The notes beneath the pieces were generated by a model that was given only the letters and a program-made list of their open reading frames with translations, made no database searches and was not told where the DNA came from. From contig MCFE01000132.1 of NCBI GenBank assembly GCA_002104905.1, forward strand, positions 1-64,000: a stretch of DNA of 64,000 nucleotides, written 5' to 3'. Position numbers and translations under genes: made by a program. This stretch comes from Basidiobolus meristosporus CBS 931.73. Lineage: Eukaryota; Fungi; Basidiobolomycota. Positions 1 through 13,200 of this stretch are shown here, piece by piece (the first letter of the stretch is position 1; the number at the start of each line of letters is the position of its first letter).

Positions 1-325
1 CGATGTATTCTCGACGGTTGTGGTACGAGTAGTCACCGAGCTGTCTACACTTTGAGTTTGGATCCGCGCTCTTACAGACTTGGCCTGAGAGGATAATGAT
101 TCGAGGGTTTTGGTATTCAGGATTATTATTACTATTCTTGACATTCGCCGTTGTTGTTGAGGGCTCAGAGATGGGCCGTCCTCTTTGGTAGATTGGCTCT
201 ACGTAAGGTATACATGTCCTTGGGAAGTGGACGAATATATAAGGACCCACAAGGAGGGCAATGGTGGCAAGACAGGCGAGGATTAAGATCACCCGCTTGG
301 TCTTGAGGCGGAGAATAGGGACCAT
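1..325 (-). CDS. 5' part of a probable type II membrane glycosyltransferase (GT34, MNN10/GMA12-like); runs off the window start
   Basis: Open frame from ATG at 325 to base 1: MVPILRLKTKRVILILACLATIALLVGPYIFVHF...NPRIIILSGQVC...LGDYSYHNRREYI. Basic N-terminus, one TM helix, stem, then an S..NRR.Y segment like the GT34 N(K/R)..YA..HGY motif. Absent from the ORF track because it has no stop in the window. Confidence 0.55.
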   Translation of the reverse strand, partial: MVPILRLKTKRVILILACLATIALLVGPYIFVHFPRTCIPYVEPIYQRGRPISEPSTTTANVKNSNNNPEYQNPRIIILSGQVCKSADPNSKCRQLGDYSYHNRREYI

Positions 326-2397
326 TTGTGGTTTAGTTGCAAAAGGGGGAGGTGAAGGTGACAGAAGGCAACAGAAAGCATATACATATGGTTATCAGAC
401 CTTTGCCACACTTGGATTTTGGTCGGCGAATCATTACCTCCCACTTCCCCAGGCTTTTCTATATCAGGCGCACCCTTCAATCCATCTAATATTGGGTCTC
501 GAGTACAAGAAACGAATGTGGAATCTGTATCACTGAAAATCTTGGATATTCTATGAGACTAAATTGTTAACATAGAGAAGATTGCTGTTTCACTTGCTTT
601 AACTACTTATCACAATCGTTAGGCTTTCAATTCACACCGAGGTTCTGTTTATTCCTTCCATCTGCTAATCAAATCTTCCATATGCCGTATATTCTTTAAA
701 ATCAATTTTGTGTAGGCAACAGGCGTTAGCCCAAGGAGCCGTTTACAATTTTTCTTGTATATACAAGTTCTGCAGCATCTACAGGTTGATTTCTGGTGGC
801 TGATAAGTGGGAAGTTGCTACCTTGCAGCCTACAGATTATCTTTGGTTTGCTTACAATAATTTTCGTGTATGGAACAAATCAAGTTATCAAGTGAAGATC
901 GTTCTACAATGATACGAAAATGAAGAATCGACCAATATCACCTGTCAGTGGCACAATAGTACAGATAGGTCCATACTATTATATATGAACAGAGTTCTAT
1001 TAGTTACAAACATTCGCCATTGTCATTACAGGCACCACCTTTCCTGGATCATATAAACCAGCTTTATTGCCATCACAATCACTTCCATCGTAGCTCCCTC
1101 TGTTGCTATGGCCATCGTTACCGTTACCATAACTACCAAGCCCATTACCCTACTACCGTGTATATTACCGCGCGGTCGCTACCGTTATCATCCGTTTCCA
1201 CTACAACCACTGTCATCGCCTTCACCTCTGTAGCCTTTCCGGCCATCTCAGCCACTGAATACATACACCACATGGTAAACTTCGGCACTCCTAGCTTATA
1301 ACCTTCGAAAATAACCACGGCTTTGAGAACTGCCAAATCTGAGAGGAGACGCAAGATTTTGGACGTGGAGTATCATTCTTTTACTAAGCTGGTTAATGTC
1401 TAGGTTTACTCTAGTTGAACTTTGACTTTTTCTCGTTGGAATGACATTGATAGTATGGTGATGGTCGGATAGTTGTGTATTCAGTACCGATGACATGGAC
1501 AATAGCATCGACGACCTCAAGACTGAAGCGGCAGCGATTATCTCAATGTTGGATGTTGGACACAATCAAGGGCAGCAGCATTGATCAGCTCATTGTTATG
1601 GCATTCGGCACTAAAAATTAGCAGCCCAAATTAAAAATTGGCTTTCGCCAAGATTCGGTACCAATGACTATTAGATAGCACTAGAAGTACAGGCATATTT
1701 TAGTATAGTTTCTTGGTGGTGGTATGAATGCCGGCAAGTAATAGAACCCAATGGGCTGAGGATGATGTGTTATCTCTTTTTTGGAATTGTTTCGTGAATC
1801 AAGAATGGCAATCATTTGTTGGGCCATGTATCAGTGATGCTATTGGCTCGTAACCACCAAATGGATCAGACCATCTCCAATTATAGTAGGGATAATTATT
1901 TATCTGGAGTGGCAGGGAATTTGACAGATTCAACCATTAGCATTTGGTGGCCATCATCAAGTATGATTTAAGTCATCGTGGTACATTCATCGAGTAAGTC
2001 TGATTAGCTACTTTGCCATGAGATTTCGCTACATTAGAGCAAGGATTCTGAAATACACCTTACTTAATTTGGCTCAGTTGCCGTTGTAGCACATGACAGT
2101 CAGTCGTGATAGGATATCTTCTACTAGTCTATTTACTCACTGTGGCATTCTAACTACAGCGTAACATCCCATTGATTTGCTGCCAATTACCCTTTTCGAA
2201 TAACGTCTTGCGGAAGATCACCACACAGTTTTTACCACTGCGGACAGCGTTGGATAGAGGAGTTTTCCCGCTCGTCTAGTGAGTGAACCTAACTTCCCAG
2301 TACTTTCCGCAATATGAAACGAGTATAAAGACCATATTGCAGCTAGATGAAATAACCCTGTTCTGCCATTCCCAATCATCGACCCACCAAGTTCAAG

Positions 2398-4323
2398 ATG
2401 TGGGCTTTGCTTTTCAACTGGCTTCCGCTTTGCTTTGCGCTTTACGCTGCGTACCTCGTCAGTGGCTTTCCTCAGACTCCACTATCTTGCCACTGTAAGA
2501 TTAACCATTGCCAATAGGTGGCCGAGCATTTTCGATCCCCAGCTCTTAAGGTTCCCGGGCCATTTTTGGCCAAGTTAACCCCATTGTATCAGTTCTACTT
2601 TACGATTATCGGGACTATACATCAGAGACACCTCTCGTGGCATAAAAAATACGGCCCCATTGTACTTACTGGTAAACCATGCGCTTGCTAACCCTACATT
2701 AGCACCTACTCACCTCCCTCTAGCCCCCAACACTGTTAGTATCAACGATTTTTCGATCATGAGAGAGATCTATGGATCAGTTGAATTTGTCAAAGATCAA
2801 TCGTTCTACAAGATGATTGGCAACAACAACACTTGCTTCAACACATGGTTAGTATTCTTGATTCTTTGCAGTCTATTCGCCAAATTAATCCTTGACAACA
2901 ACCAGCGACGTAGCGTTTCACAAGAAGCGGGTAAGTCTTGAAGCTATAAACGCTATATCCCATCCAACTGATTTTTGCAGAGACGTATCATTGCACCAGC
3001 CTACAGTCAAACATACTTGAGTAGTATGGAGTCTCTGGTATGGCAATCAGGGGTGGAGTCCTTGATGAAGAAACTCGACCGGCTCGCCCAGTCCGGGAAA
3101 TCCATCAATCTTTTTTCGGAATTTCACTTCATGGCCTTTGTGAGTAGCATCTTGCAACTTATCTGCCTTATTTCTTAACTGAACCTTGCATTTTGTCTGC
3201 TTTGATCCTGTCTTATCTCCTTCCAGGATATAGTTGGTGAATTGGCATTCGGGAAATCTTTCGACCTTATCAGGAATGGAGATCACCCTATTCTTGGCTG
3301 GCTTCATGATGTCCAAGATAGATTAGCTCTGGTGAGTATTTGGACCATACTTGTGAATTCTCATGCTAATCCAAAGCGTTCATTTGAAAGTTGATCATGT
3401 TCCCTATCCTAAGATACATCGAACCCCCACTTTCTATTTTCAGAAAAGGCAGAGAGGCAGAGAAAAAAATCCGCGAGGTATATTCATTCTTTATCTACCC
3501 TAGTGAGTCTACTAAAGCTTCTTCGGTTCCGATTAGTTTGGCCTGAATGCCCAGAGAGAGCGTAGAAATATGGATATCCCTCGCCGGGACATCCTTCAAT
3601 TGATGTCTGAGGCCAGGGATCCAGACACTGGAGAGCAACTCACTGAAATGGAACTTCTGAGTGAGAGTATGGATCAGATGTAAGTGGCAGTTGGCGCCAC
3701 GTTCTTAGGCCTGGTGCTTATAGTCCATTAGTTTTGCAGGCACGGATACAACAAGCAACACCCTAACATGGGCGGTTTATTTGCTCACAAAGCACCCTAA
3801 ATCTGCCCAGAAGCTTGCAGAGGAGCTGGATGCTGCAATACCTGATCGCCAAGCTAAAATTCAGGATAGTGAATTGCACTCGTTACCATACCTCAACGCA
3901 GTCATATCGGAAACATTCCGTTGCCTTCCAACCGTTCCTATTGGGCTTCCAAGGGTTATCCCTAAAGGTGGGAAAACCATGAAAGGTTATTATCTTCCAG
4001 GTGGGACAACAGTTTCCGTTCCTATTAATTGCCTTCACCTGGACCCCCATGTCTTCCCTGATCCTGAAGCATTTCAACCGGACAGATGGTTGGTAGAGGA
4101 CACCCTGTTGATGAAGCGCTACCTCATCCCTTTCTCGTATGGAAGTCGGGCCTGCATTGGCAGAAACATTGCTATGATGGAGTTGAGACTGACTTTAGCC
4201 TCTCTGTATCGAAGATTTGATGTTCAAGCTGTTACAGGTCAGCATGTAGAAGATAGAGTGCAGCTCCTGGTATTGAAACCACACGGCCAAGCCTTCAATG
4301 TTCATCTGAAGGCCCGTGAATAA
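2398..4323 (+). CDS. Cytochrome P450, 9 exons, about 482 aa, apparently intact
   Basis: Manual splicing: exons 2398-2457, 2518-2671, 2724-2847, 2906-2930, 2981-3139, 3227-3331, 3391-3477, 3537-3679, 3732-4323 (1449 nt, in frame). N-terminal TM anchor, VPGP hinge, WHKKYGP, I-helix AGTDTT, K-helix ETFR, PDRW, heme motif FSYGSRACIG. Confidence 0.92.
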
Positions 4324-4619
4324 CCGCACTCTTGAATACGCACCCCTTTCCAGCTGGTCAATGCACAACAACTAAAATAAACATATCGATCTGAATGTCC
4401 TTAGGTAAAGCCCGGCAAATTTTCTATTGTAATGCACGCTAGATCTTCTATGATCATAATGGAATTTTGCCCATCAGGTGGATTAGATGAAATATGCATC
4501 GTTTTGCGAAGGTCAAACTGGCAGGATTTTAGTTGGCGATATCCAAAAACCGTTAGACACCTCTGTAGCGCGAACTGCCAATCTAAAATCCATCTCTTGC
4601 TTTGATTCTGGTGGTCTTA

Positions 4620-7080
4620 GTTGTCTATGCATTCTACGATGCACTACATATGTTGCTCATTGACCTATATACTGCTGAGACTCACTAATCATATCATCTA
4701 AGTAATACATCATCACTTCACCACTGTGTCTACACACTGATCACTCCGATTTATTCACTATCAGCACTACCTTGTAAGCATTGATATCAGCATACAGCTT
4801 GTGCTGAACTTTGTATTATTAAGCTCACATATTGTTTTGTGAAATAGTTCTCCATGGCTCTAGTTGTGGGGTAGAATTGCTAATGATCCAGTAATAAATA
4901 AAGGTTGACCAGGAAAGTGTTGTAAAAACTTCTAATTCCACCTAAATATTCACTCAACTTAGTCACTTGGATTATTGCCTACCAATCTTAGAGAATACTA
5001 ACCAAATTCCTTGTCAGGATTTACTTGGAATATTCTCACCAAAACATCCGGTACCCAGTGCATGAAAATTCCCATAGTTGTCCAAACAGCCCCAAACTTC
5101 TCTCACATATTCTTGGGACCTTCCTAAGCATATTTTAGGTGCTTGTTATGCCAGGATCATGTAAAAGTATCAATATTACTTTAACATTCAATAAATCATT
5201 AGGTGCAAAACCACAAAATCCACTTTTTCTCCCATTCACTTCCAATATCTCCAAGGCACTTACAATAGAATTCTCCGGAGTTGATATATCATATCTATGA
5301 ATCTTTGTCTCAGGTCATACCAAGTGCAATAGATAGTCTATCATCAGTGGTTGCAGCATTTCCATATTCAAGCTTTTCTGGCTCATTATCTCTCATTCCT
5401 AAGCACAATTCAGATGAATGCCTTTACTTTTTGCTGTAGCTACAGGAGAGATTGTTGCATCCTTAAACATGTCTTGAGTGTTCTAAGAGTCTTGAAGATA
5501 TTGGAAGTAATTGGGTATTTGTGTAGATTATGTGGCTTTCACTTAATGATTGATTGCATGTGAAAGTAGTGTTTATAATTTACATGGACTTGGCAGGACA
5601 AACATTTGTAAAATGGTTAGGAAGATCCCAAGAGTATGTATGCAGAGTTTGGTACTGGTTGGACAACCTATCAAAATCTTATGCTCTGGGTACCTGATGC
5701 TATGATCAAAATATTCTGCTTAGATCCTGTCAATATGCTTGGCTCATATTCTCTAAGATTTGTAGGCAATGATCCAAGTGACCCAGTTGTCATGAGATAC
5801 TCAGATGTAATCCCAAAGCTTACAACACTTAGTAGCTTGATATAGTGGCTATTGTTGCTTGTTAAGGCATTTTTTTCCTTCTTATTTGTTTGTGGATATC
5901 TCAATTACTTGTCCATGAGTCTTCTATATGGATAATTAAAGTCCAGATCTTCAGTTCTGGACTGTAGGTCTGACACAAGGCCCTGAAGCTTGTCTCTCAG
6001 GCTATACCAGAGGGTACCTATCACATCCTCATCAGTAGTTTGCACTCTCACTGATTCCATCTTATTAGTGAGTCAGGTCATTCTGGTTATTAGATTTTAC
6101 AGTTCTCCTCCTGGGGGGATTCTATTGCTATAGAATTTTTTTCCAAGATGCATCTTCCTAACAGCTGAATACAGCTGATAAGTGTTTTCTAATGCCTTCC
6201 AGCAGAGTGTGTGTGTCAACTGTGGACTATTAATGCTTGGGGCACCTGATGTTTTGGGAAAATATCTAAATGATATCCCTAAAACATCAAGGAGAATTAT
6301 CTAAAGCTTGTAGACAATGATCAAGTGACCAAGTTAGGTGAATATTTATGGTGTCATTACAAGACTTACAACACATATTGCATATTCTATCAGCAGTGCT
6401 TGATGACTGGTAAGTTAGAATACTGGTACAGGTTCAGTCAGTAACAATAAAGACAAGTATAGTTTTACCATGTTTTGACAGTCCAGGTTTACTTCAGTAT
6501 ACCAGAATCATAGACATATGCCGTCAGTGACCTATCACTTAATCCACTATTAGGATGCAACAATATCCCCTAATATCATATTGGCTGAGTATCAATACTG
6601 ACCTCTTTGTATGCCTACCGCCAATATTGCTGCTGGTATTAACATCTTGTATTGTGCTTAAGTGTATTTATAGTTGACATGGAGTTCACAAATGAAGTGT
6701 CATGAAATTGTGGCACAATTCACAACAGGGAAAAGGATATGAAATATGGTTTTGTAACTTTACTAGAGATTTTGGACACTTGTTTCCAATTTGAATGTCT
6801 TCTCTGTGTGGTCAAGGTAATTACATTCCATTGCTACATGAAAATAATTGTCATATGGTGCAGTCACCCAAATGTAAATTGTGGCCCATAGCAACAATCA
6901 AATGAGGGGATAAACAGAGCAACTCATATTACAATTTCTCAGTCAAGATCTTGAGTTGTACACACAGGAATGGTACTTTTCACGTAGCTTTTCATTCATA
7001 GTCACCAGGAAAAGAGGACTCATAGATATGGCTTTAGTGTTCCAAGAACCATGATTATGGGATTCCTTGTATTAACATGA
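4620..7080. mobile_element. Island of decayed copia-family (LTR-A related) debris
   Basis: CpG-poor. Contains an LTR-A-like copy at 4919-5266, an opposite-orientation LTR-A-like copy at about 5480-5830, a gag fragment at about 5930-6200 similar to 29340-29630, and an LTR end TTACAACA near 6373. Confidence 0.75.
4919..5266 (+). repeat. Degenerate LTR of the copia-A family
   Basis: Starts TGTTGTAAAAAC...CCACCTAAATATTCAC and aligns by eye to the reverse complement of the LTRs at 24328 and 29910. Confidence 0.75.
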
Positions 7081-7114
7081 GTAGGATATATACATCCAGA
7101 TATCATTGCTTTCA

Positions 7115-8352
7115 TTAACGAACAATCACGCTCATCATGATATTCAATACTACGGAGATTGCATCACAAGTAATGTTTACCCCAGCACCTGAATACAACC
7201 CACGCCAATTCCAAGCCAAAGCCCCTTTGGTGTTCTTGCACTTGGTTCTCTCTTGAGGGTGAAGTGCTGATTCTTCCGTCAGGATGCTCTTCCAGCAATC
7301 GATCACTCCCGTGTAAGGGACTTGGCGTGTTTGAACTACAGTATCAAAACGCCTCCCAGGGATCTGGCATCGAAGACGCTTACAAATGGTGTCCAGAGGG
7401 AAAGTAAGCACTGTCTGAAGGATTGAGAAACCTAGCGTCACCCACCCATCCAGAATAGGCGACTCGTTGGGATCGATATGAAGCACTCGCTTCCTCACAA
7501 AGTCACTGACTTGTCGGAGAAACGAGAAACCGGCATAGTAAATGGCAGTAGGAAGTGTGCTAGGTGACCAAAATAGCGATCCAAGCCCCTCTTCAGCAAC
7601 TACAGTACGCAGAAGATGAACAAGCCCTCGGTATTTGCGATGCTTCTTATTGGAGGCTTGGGCAACCAATCTTCATTCCACATTCGTTAGCATGATCAAG
7701 TCAGCAATAGAGGTATGATACCTACCTAGTTTGAGCAATCTCTATTGGACTGAGAAGCGCCCCTACTATGAAACTGGTTGTAACCCCAATGGCCATACCA
7801 CCCAGGCTCTGACAATCGCCAACTGCATCTTGGTCCAAGCCAAAGGCGGCGTTTAGCTTACGGTCCAAACTCCAATTAAGGTAACAGCAAGACGTACTGA
7901 ACAGCAAGGTTGTCAACTGTCCTACAAAAAGAATCAGATCACTTAGCCTCCAGGTTGAAGGCAGTAAGGCAAGCCTCACCTTTCCAAAGAGATTGCCATC
8001 CTTCCGTCTCCTGTTGAATCAATGCCTTAAGAATCCCCAAAGGGCCGGTGTACAACGGTGGAAGCTGAAAACTCGATTTGATGGGATGATTTCCGGGTGT
8101 TTTCGCCTCTCCTACATCGCTGCCCTTTACTCCAACTCCACCCACCTCATTCTCTTTGGGTAGATACTGTATTTGAAGCAGAGTTGCACCGACCGCGAAG
8201 GGCTGTATTGCAACTACTCCAGCAGCCGCGCCGAATATCCCCGGAAGGAAGCACCACCAACAACATTCGTCGGTCAACAGGGTGGTGGGGACCTCACAAC
8301 TATCAGACTGGTCCATATTTGATTGGCACGTCATGGGGGGAGGAGTCTTCAT
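7115..8352 (-). CDS. UGO1: UGO1-like mitochondrial outer-membrane fusion protein (degenerate mitochondrial carrier fold), 3 exons
   Basis: Exons about 8352-7980, 7921-7725 and 7670-7115 with GT-AG introns. Motifs QPFAVGATLLQIQ, EGWQSLWKG, SPIEIAQTRL, EEGLGSLF, FPLDTICKRL, WRGLYSG match the carrier-repeat pattern seen in fungal Ugo1. Confidence 0.65.
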
Positions 8353-8725
8353 TATATTTCAAAATTGAGTTTATTGCGGAAATTCGCGGTTGCTAAATCT
8401 ATATGTACCAGTCACCAAGCGTGTAACCAAGCTCCAGTCATATCTAATGACTACCACGGATATAGCTGGCTAAATGAACTTTTAAATACCTAGACACGCG
8501 CCACACCAACCTTTTGATGAAACAGTATTCACATGACTGAAGGTAAGCGGGATGATGAGTTCGTTGGATAGTATTGGAATTGTTTATTACAAGCAAAATA
8601 TAGAAGCCATGGGGGGGGGGTGAAGAGTGGTTAGAAGAGAGGAAAATTACAGGAGAAATTGCCCTTCGATGTAGGATATAATTGGCGCCAAGAGAGTTTC
8701 GATATTAGGTGCTATGAGTGGATTT

Positions 8726-11700
8726 CTAGTTACGTCTCTTGCCAGCCTTGGATCCCTTGAGGCTAAGCTTACCCCTGGACTTGAGGGCAGTAGGGTTCAA
8801 GGGAACATAGGCGTAAGGATCAAGGCGTCCCTTCTTGACATCACCACCAGCCTTCTTGGCCTTGTATTCTTTACCGACGATTTGACCGTCCTTGCCTCTG
8901 CGCTTTTTACCTTGAGCTTGAGGACGGGCTGGCGTATCATCATCTTCCTCTGGGAAGTCGTCCTCGTTACCTCTACGCTTGTTGCTGAACTTGATTCTGT
9001 TACCAACACGAGTGTAGCCCTCCTTGGAAGTCATGGCCTCGAGATAGTTGCTCTCAGCCTCGCGCAAGGCCTTCTGTTCTGCAGTAAGCTCGACAGGCTC
9101 CTCTTCGGAGTCGTCCGAGGACTCGTCAATCATTAGACGACCATCATCGGTAGCCTTGAAGTTGGCACCGACCGACTTGAGCTGCTGAGTTCTCTTGCTA
9201 GGCTTGGTAGATGTGACCTGAGAGACAGCACGTCTGTCCAAGAAATCAAGTGGGCCCTCATGGTCCTCCTTGATCCAAGCCTGGGCTTGTCCCTTCTTCT
9301 TGGGCTTCACTTCACGATCAACATCCATTTGGTCCTCGTCGGAATCATCGATTTCACTGTCACTTCCGTACAAGACATTCTCGTAGGCGCTACTGAAGCT
9401 GGCCTTCTTCTGGGTGGCGTCCTCCATCTCCTCATCCACGTCGCTGCCGGCGGCCTGACTCTTCTTTCTCTTGGCGCGCTCCTTTCTCTTCTTGATGTTG
9501 ATCACCAGCTTCTTGTGCTCCTCGGGGACGAACTGGGCGATGTCCTCGTAGCCGAATTTCCGGATCAACCGCTCGAAGATGTGGCGAACCTTGGCCTTGA
9601 AGTGGTTCTTGTGCTCGTGGGACCAGGTGAGGATGCCAATGACGATGTCGGAGAGATGAGGCCTCAAGAAGTCCGGTTCGAGGGTGAGCACGGAGACCTT
9701 GACGAAGCCAAGGGCGGATTTGACGATCTCTCGGTTGGTGGAGATCACGAACATCCGGATGGTCTTCAGGAGATCATCGACGATGGTCTGGGACACCTTG
9801 GACTTGAACTCGAACAGCAATCTGGAGAGGGAGGTGATGGTGGCCGAGATCATGTGGGGAGTGGATCCGGCAAGACCGGCGGTGACCATGGTGAAGTACT
9901 CGCTGATGGTGGCCTGAGCATTGTTGGCCACCACACCTCCCTCTTCCATACGGCTGCCCATAACCACGAGAAGGTCATAGGCGAGATTGCGCGAGCGCTC
10001 GTTGACCTCCTTCGTGCAGACGATTGCTTCCGAGAGGATGGAGGGGATCAGGTGAAGATCGTTGGATGGGAGGATGCTGACAACGTTGGCGAGTGCCTTG
10101 AGGCGCTCCTTCTTGGCGGATGGGGTGGTGGTAAGGGTGGCGTCCAGCACCTTGGTCTGAAGCTCCTCGATGTTGCGACGCAGATTTTCCTTTCCGCTCT
10201 CGCACTCACACATAGTGTTGATGACCTTGTAGGCCTTCTTCTGCAAAATCCCGTCCTCCTCTTGCCCAATCAAGGCAATGACTGTCTGGAACAGGCCGGC
10301 CAAGCTCTCGGGGTCGAGGTACACGATCATAGCGATGGCAAGATCCAGCATGGTGTGAGCCATAGGAGGAGCGCTGGTGGGGTCCTGGCTGGCGGTGGGA
10401 GTGTGGTTCTTCAGGGCATCCGCCAACAGATGGTGAACCTTCTTGAAGGTGGCGTTCACATCACTCTCCCCAGTGATCTTCAGAAACAGACGAATCGTCT
10501 CCAACAGGTATCCACGATACTCGGGGAGGGTCTGGCTGAAGATGTTGAAGAAGATGGCCAAGAAGTTGGTGGTGAACTGGGCCAAGTGCTGAACGTTCGC
10601 CGCGGCGTCCTTTTTCTCCAGCAGGTACTGCTTCTTGAGCTTCTCGTCCTCGATCTCCGATTGGCTGAACTCGAGATTCTTTTGGATCAGCAATTGCAAC
10701 GAGGTGCAGATCACTGGTCTCAGTCCGGGCTCGCTGTAGATGTTATTGCCCAAGAGCTCGGCGAAGTCCCTGTCGAATGCGGTGGGAAGATCGGTGGGAA
10801 GGTGGCAGAAGCCGGGCAACATACCCCAGATCTGTTGAACCAACGCCTCGTAGATCTTGGCCTCGATGGCTCTACCTTTGTTGTTGAACTTCAGAACGAC
10901 CCCCTGCAGACGCTCGCTAAGGGGAACAAGTTCCTTGACGAAATATTGGAGCTCGGTGTTGATGATGTTGTCCTTGAGGATGGGAAGCAGCCAGGCGCGG
11001 CCGATCTGCTTGGCGTCCGACGATGGGTTCTCCAGATTCAAAGGAAGAAGGTTCAAGAAGGTTTGTGGACCGATGGCGGCGATGATGGCCCCCAAGGTCT
11101 CATCGATCTCTTGCTTGAGCTCCATCCCGTCAGCGGATCTCATGTCAGCAATCAGCTCGATGGCACGGTTGAGAAGAGGAGTAGAGGCGCGCCCGAGCTT
11201 CTTGAACAAAGCGCTATAGATGCTCAGGATTCCTGGCCAAGCAGCTCTGTACCGGATGCTCAGCCCAGACTCCAACAACGATGCGATCTTCTTCAGGGGA
11301 GACTTGTTGCTCTCACCCGCCGACTCGATCAACTTCTCGGTGACGCAATTCTGGATGAAGCCGGACAGACACTCGGTGGCCGCATTGATGATCTGCTTCT
11401 GGTCGCATTCCAAGTCGGGGAAGATCAGTGCGAAGATCAGTCCAATTTGACGGGCGCACTTCTCTGCGTTACATTGGGCGTAGGCCTTGTAGCCGCTGTT
11501 CATGATCTTGAGCCAGGAGGTGGAGAGATGGACGTCGTTGATATTGGGCTTCATCTCCATGAGTGTTCTCAGCAAATCCTCGGTTCTTTCTTCACCAAAG
11601 TCCTCGCTGCTGTGTTGGAACAGATTTTCGAAGACTTCGAAGACCGCCACTGTCAAATAGCTGTTGTTGAATTTGGGCAGTTGTAGCAGGATCTCACAGA

Positions 11701-12425
11701 GGGGGTTAAGTTGGGCGGCAGGCCAAGCGAAGACGATGGGCTTGATGAGCGCAAGGATATGAAGAGCGGAGCTTGGGTCGGATTTGGTGCTTTCTTTCAG
11801 CACCTTGAGGCAGAAGTCGGCAGCAGGGAAGGAGGCGGGATGCTGAAGGGTGGGTGGAGGAGGATGGGCCAAGATTTCGTGAATGGATTCTTGGGCCTTT
11901 CTGCGGACCTTGGGTCTTCCATCTAAGCAAATCAACATAATGGCTTGGAAGGTCTTTTTGGCAGCAGAACCGCTCCAGGTTGCGCTGTCTTGAGCAGCGA
12001 GGAGGATTTCTAAGCAGGTGAGAGTAGAGCGGAGAGTGGGAGCAGACGAGTGGCTGGTTTCGAGAGTATTTACTAGGGTAGCCAACAATTGAGCGTATTT
12101 ACTTCTAAGGACGTTCTGAGAAAGGCTACAGATGAAAGGAATGGATCAGCACCATGCGGAAGTGGCTACATGGGACTAGCAAGACTTACTGGGGGAATAC
12201 TATACTCAGAAGATATATCACAGCTGACTTGATTTCATTCTCGCCATCGGTCTCTTGTTGCTCTTGCAGAAGAGTGAATAAGGTAGCGAAATAGGCGGTT
12301 GGGGAAGGCTCTACATTCTGCTCTCTTAGAGTTTCCTCCACCGCCAAAAGGGTCATGGCCGCACTTTTTTGGCTTCCCACAGTGGAGTTCACTTGGGTAC
12401 GAAGTTTAGAGAAAGTATTCTCCAT
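8726..12425 (-). CDS. RRP12: Ribosome biogenesis protein RRP12 (NUC173/HEAT repeats), 2 exons
   Basis: Exon 1 MENTFSKLRTQ...PSPTAYFATL, one intron (about 12188-12123), then the 1120-aa ORF with DGRPKVRR, QKKAYK, EVNERSR, TPHMISA, REIVKSALGFVK, HFKAKVRHIFERLIRKFG and a basic C-terminus ending AGGDVKKGRLDPYAYVPL. Confidence 0.93.
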
Positions 12426-13200
12426 GATGAATTATTATTTAGACAAGGAAAGAGGCAGGGATTATTAACCGGTTCAGACGTCGTCTATGGGTTGGTCGGG
12501 ACTATAGAAGAGGGTCGTTGAAGTTTACGGGTGCTCTCTCGATACAAACGTGAACCTTCTCTAATCAATATATTCTTGTTACCCTCGCTCGGGCATAATT
12601 CGAGCAAGATTGGCAAAAAAATGGGTGGAATTTTTTTATTTTTTTTTCAAGCCAAAAAAAATGCTGAGTTTTGCGCCCGTCGAAGTCGATCTTTCTCCTC
12701 CAATAGAAGCCCGAAAAACTCGGCGTAATCATCCTACTGGACGGGAGGAAATCAGAGCATTTTGGCATCAACCAGTGCGCGATCGATCTCGAGGATGTTG
12801 AAACTTCCGTACACAATGCAAGCTCGGTGGGAATAGTTTGGCTCACTGTGATTCTTCACGATTCAACTCTCAGGAGGAGCGATTTAATATAAGGTTTGAG
12901 AGGATACCTTCTGATTGAACAATGCTGCTTTATATAGCCACAGGTGGGATATAGATCAAATTTACGTAACAAGCTCCTGTTTCAATGCACTAATCAGAAA
13001 TGGATTCCTGTTCTGGAGCCCAGATATCGCACCTCCTTCCCAACATCGCTAAATTGATGTCTAGGGTTGTCAGTGAATTGGTACGAGGCCAAACATAGCT
13101 AGTCATCTAAGACCCATCTCGATACCAACTCAGGAGAAGTTGACTTGACTGCTCGAGGGTTTATAAATTCTGGAGGCTCGAGAGATCCGCTAACCAAACG

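Noticed and set aside
261-536. Plus-strand 91-aa ORF
   Set aside because: Overlaps the start of the better-supported minus-strand gene; no motif.
9260-11686. 808-aa antisense ORF overlapping RRP12
   Set aside because: Shadow frame expected from the strong C/G third-position bias of RRP12; no recognisable domain.
12625-12670. A/T runs upstream of RRP12 resembling an RRPE ribosome-biogenesis motif
   Set aside because: Only a partial match to TGAAAAWTTT in low-complexity sequence; cannot be supported.
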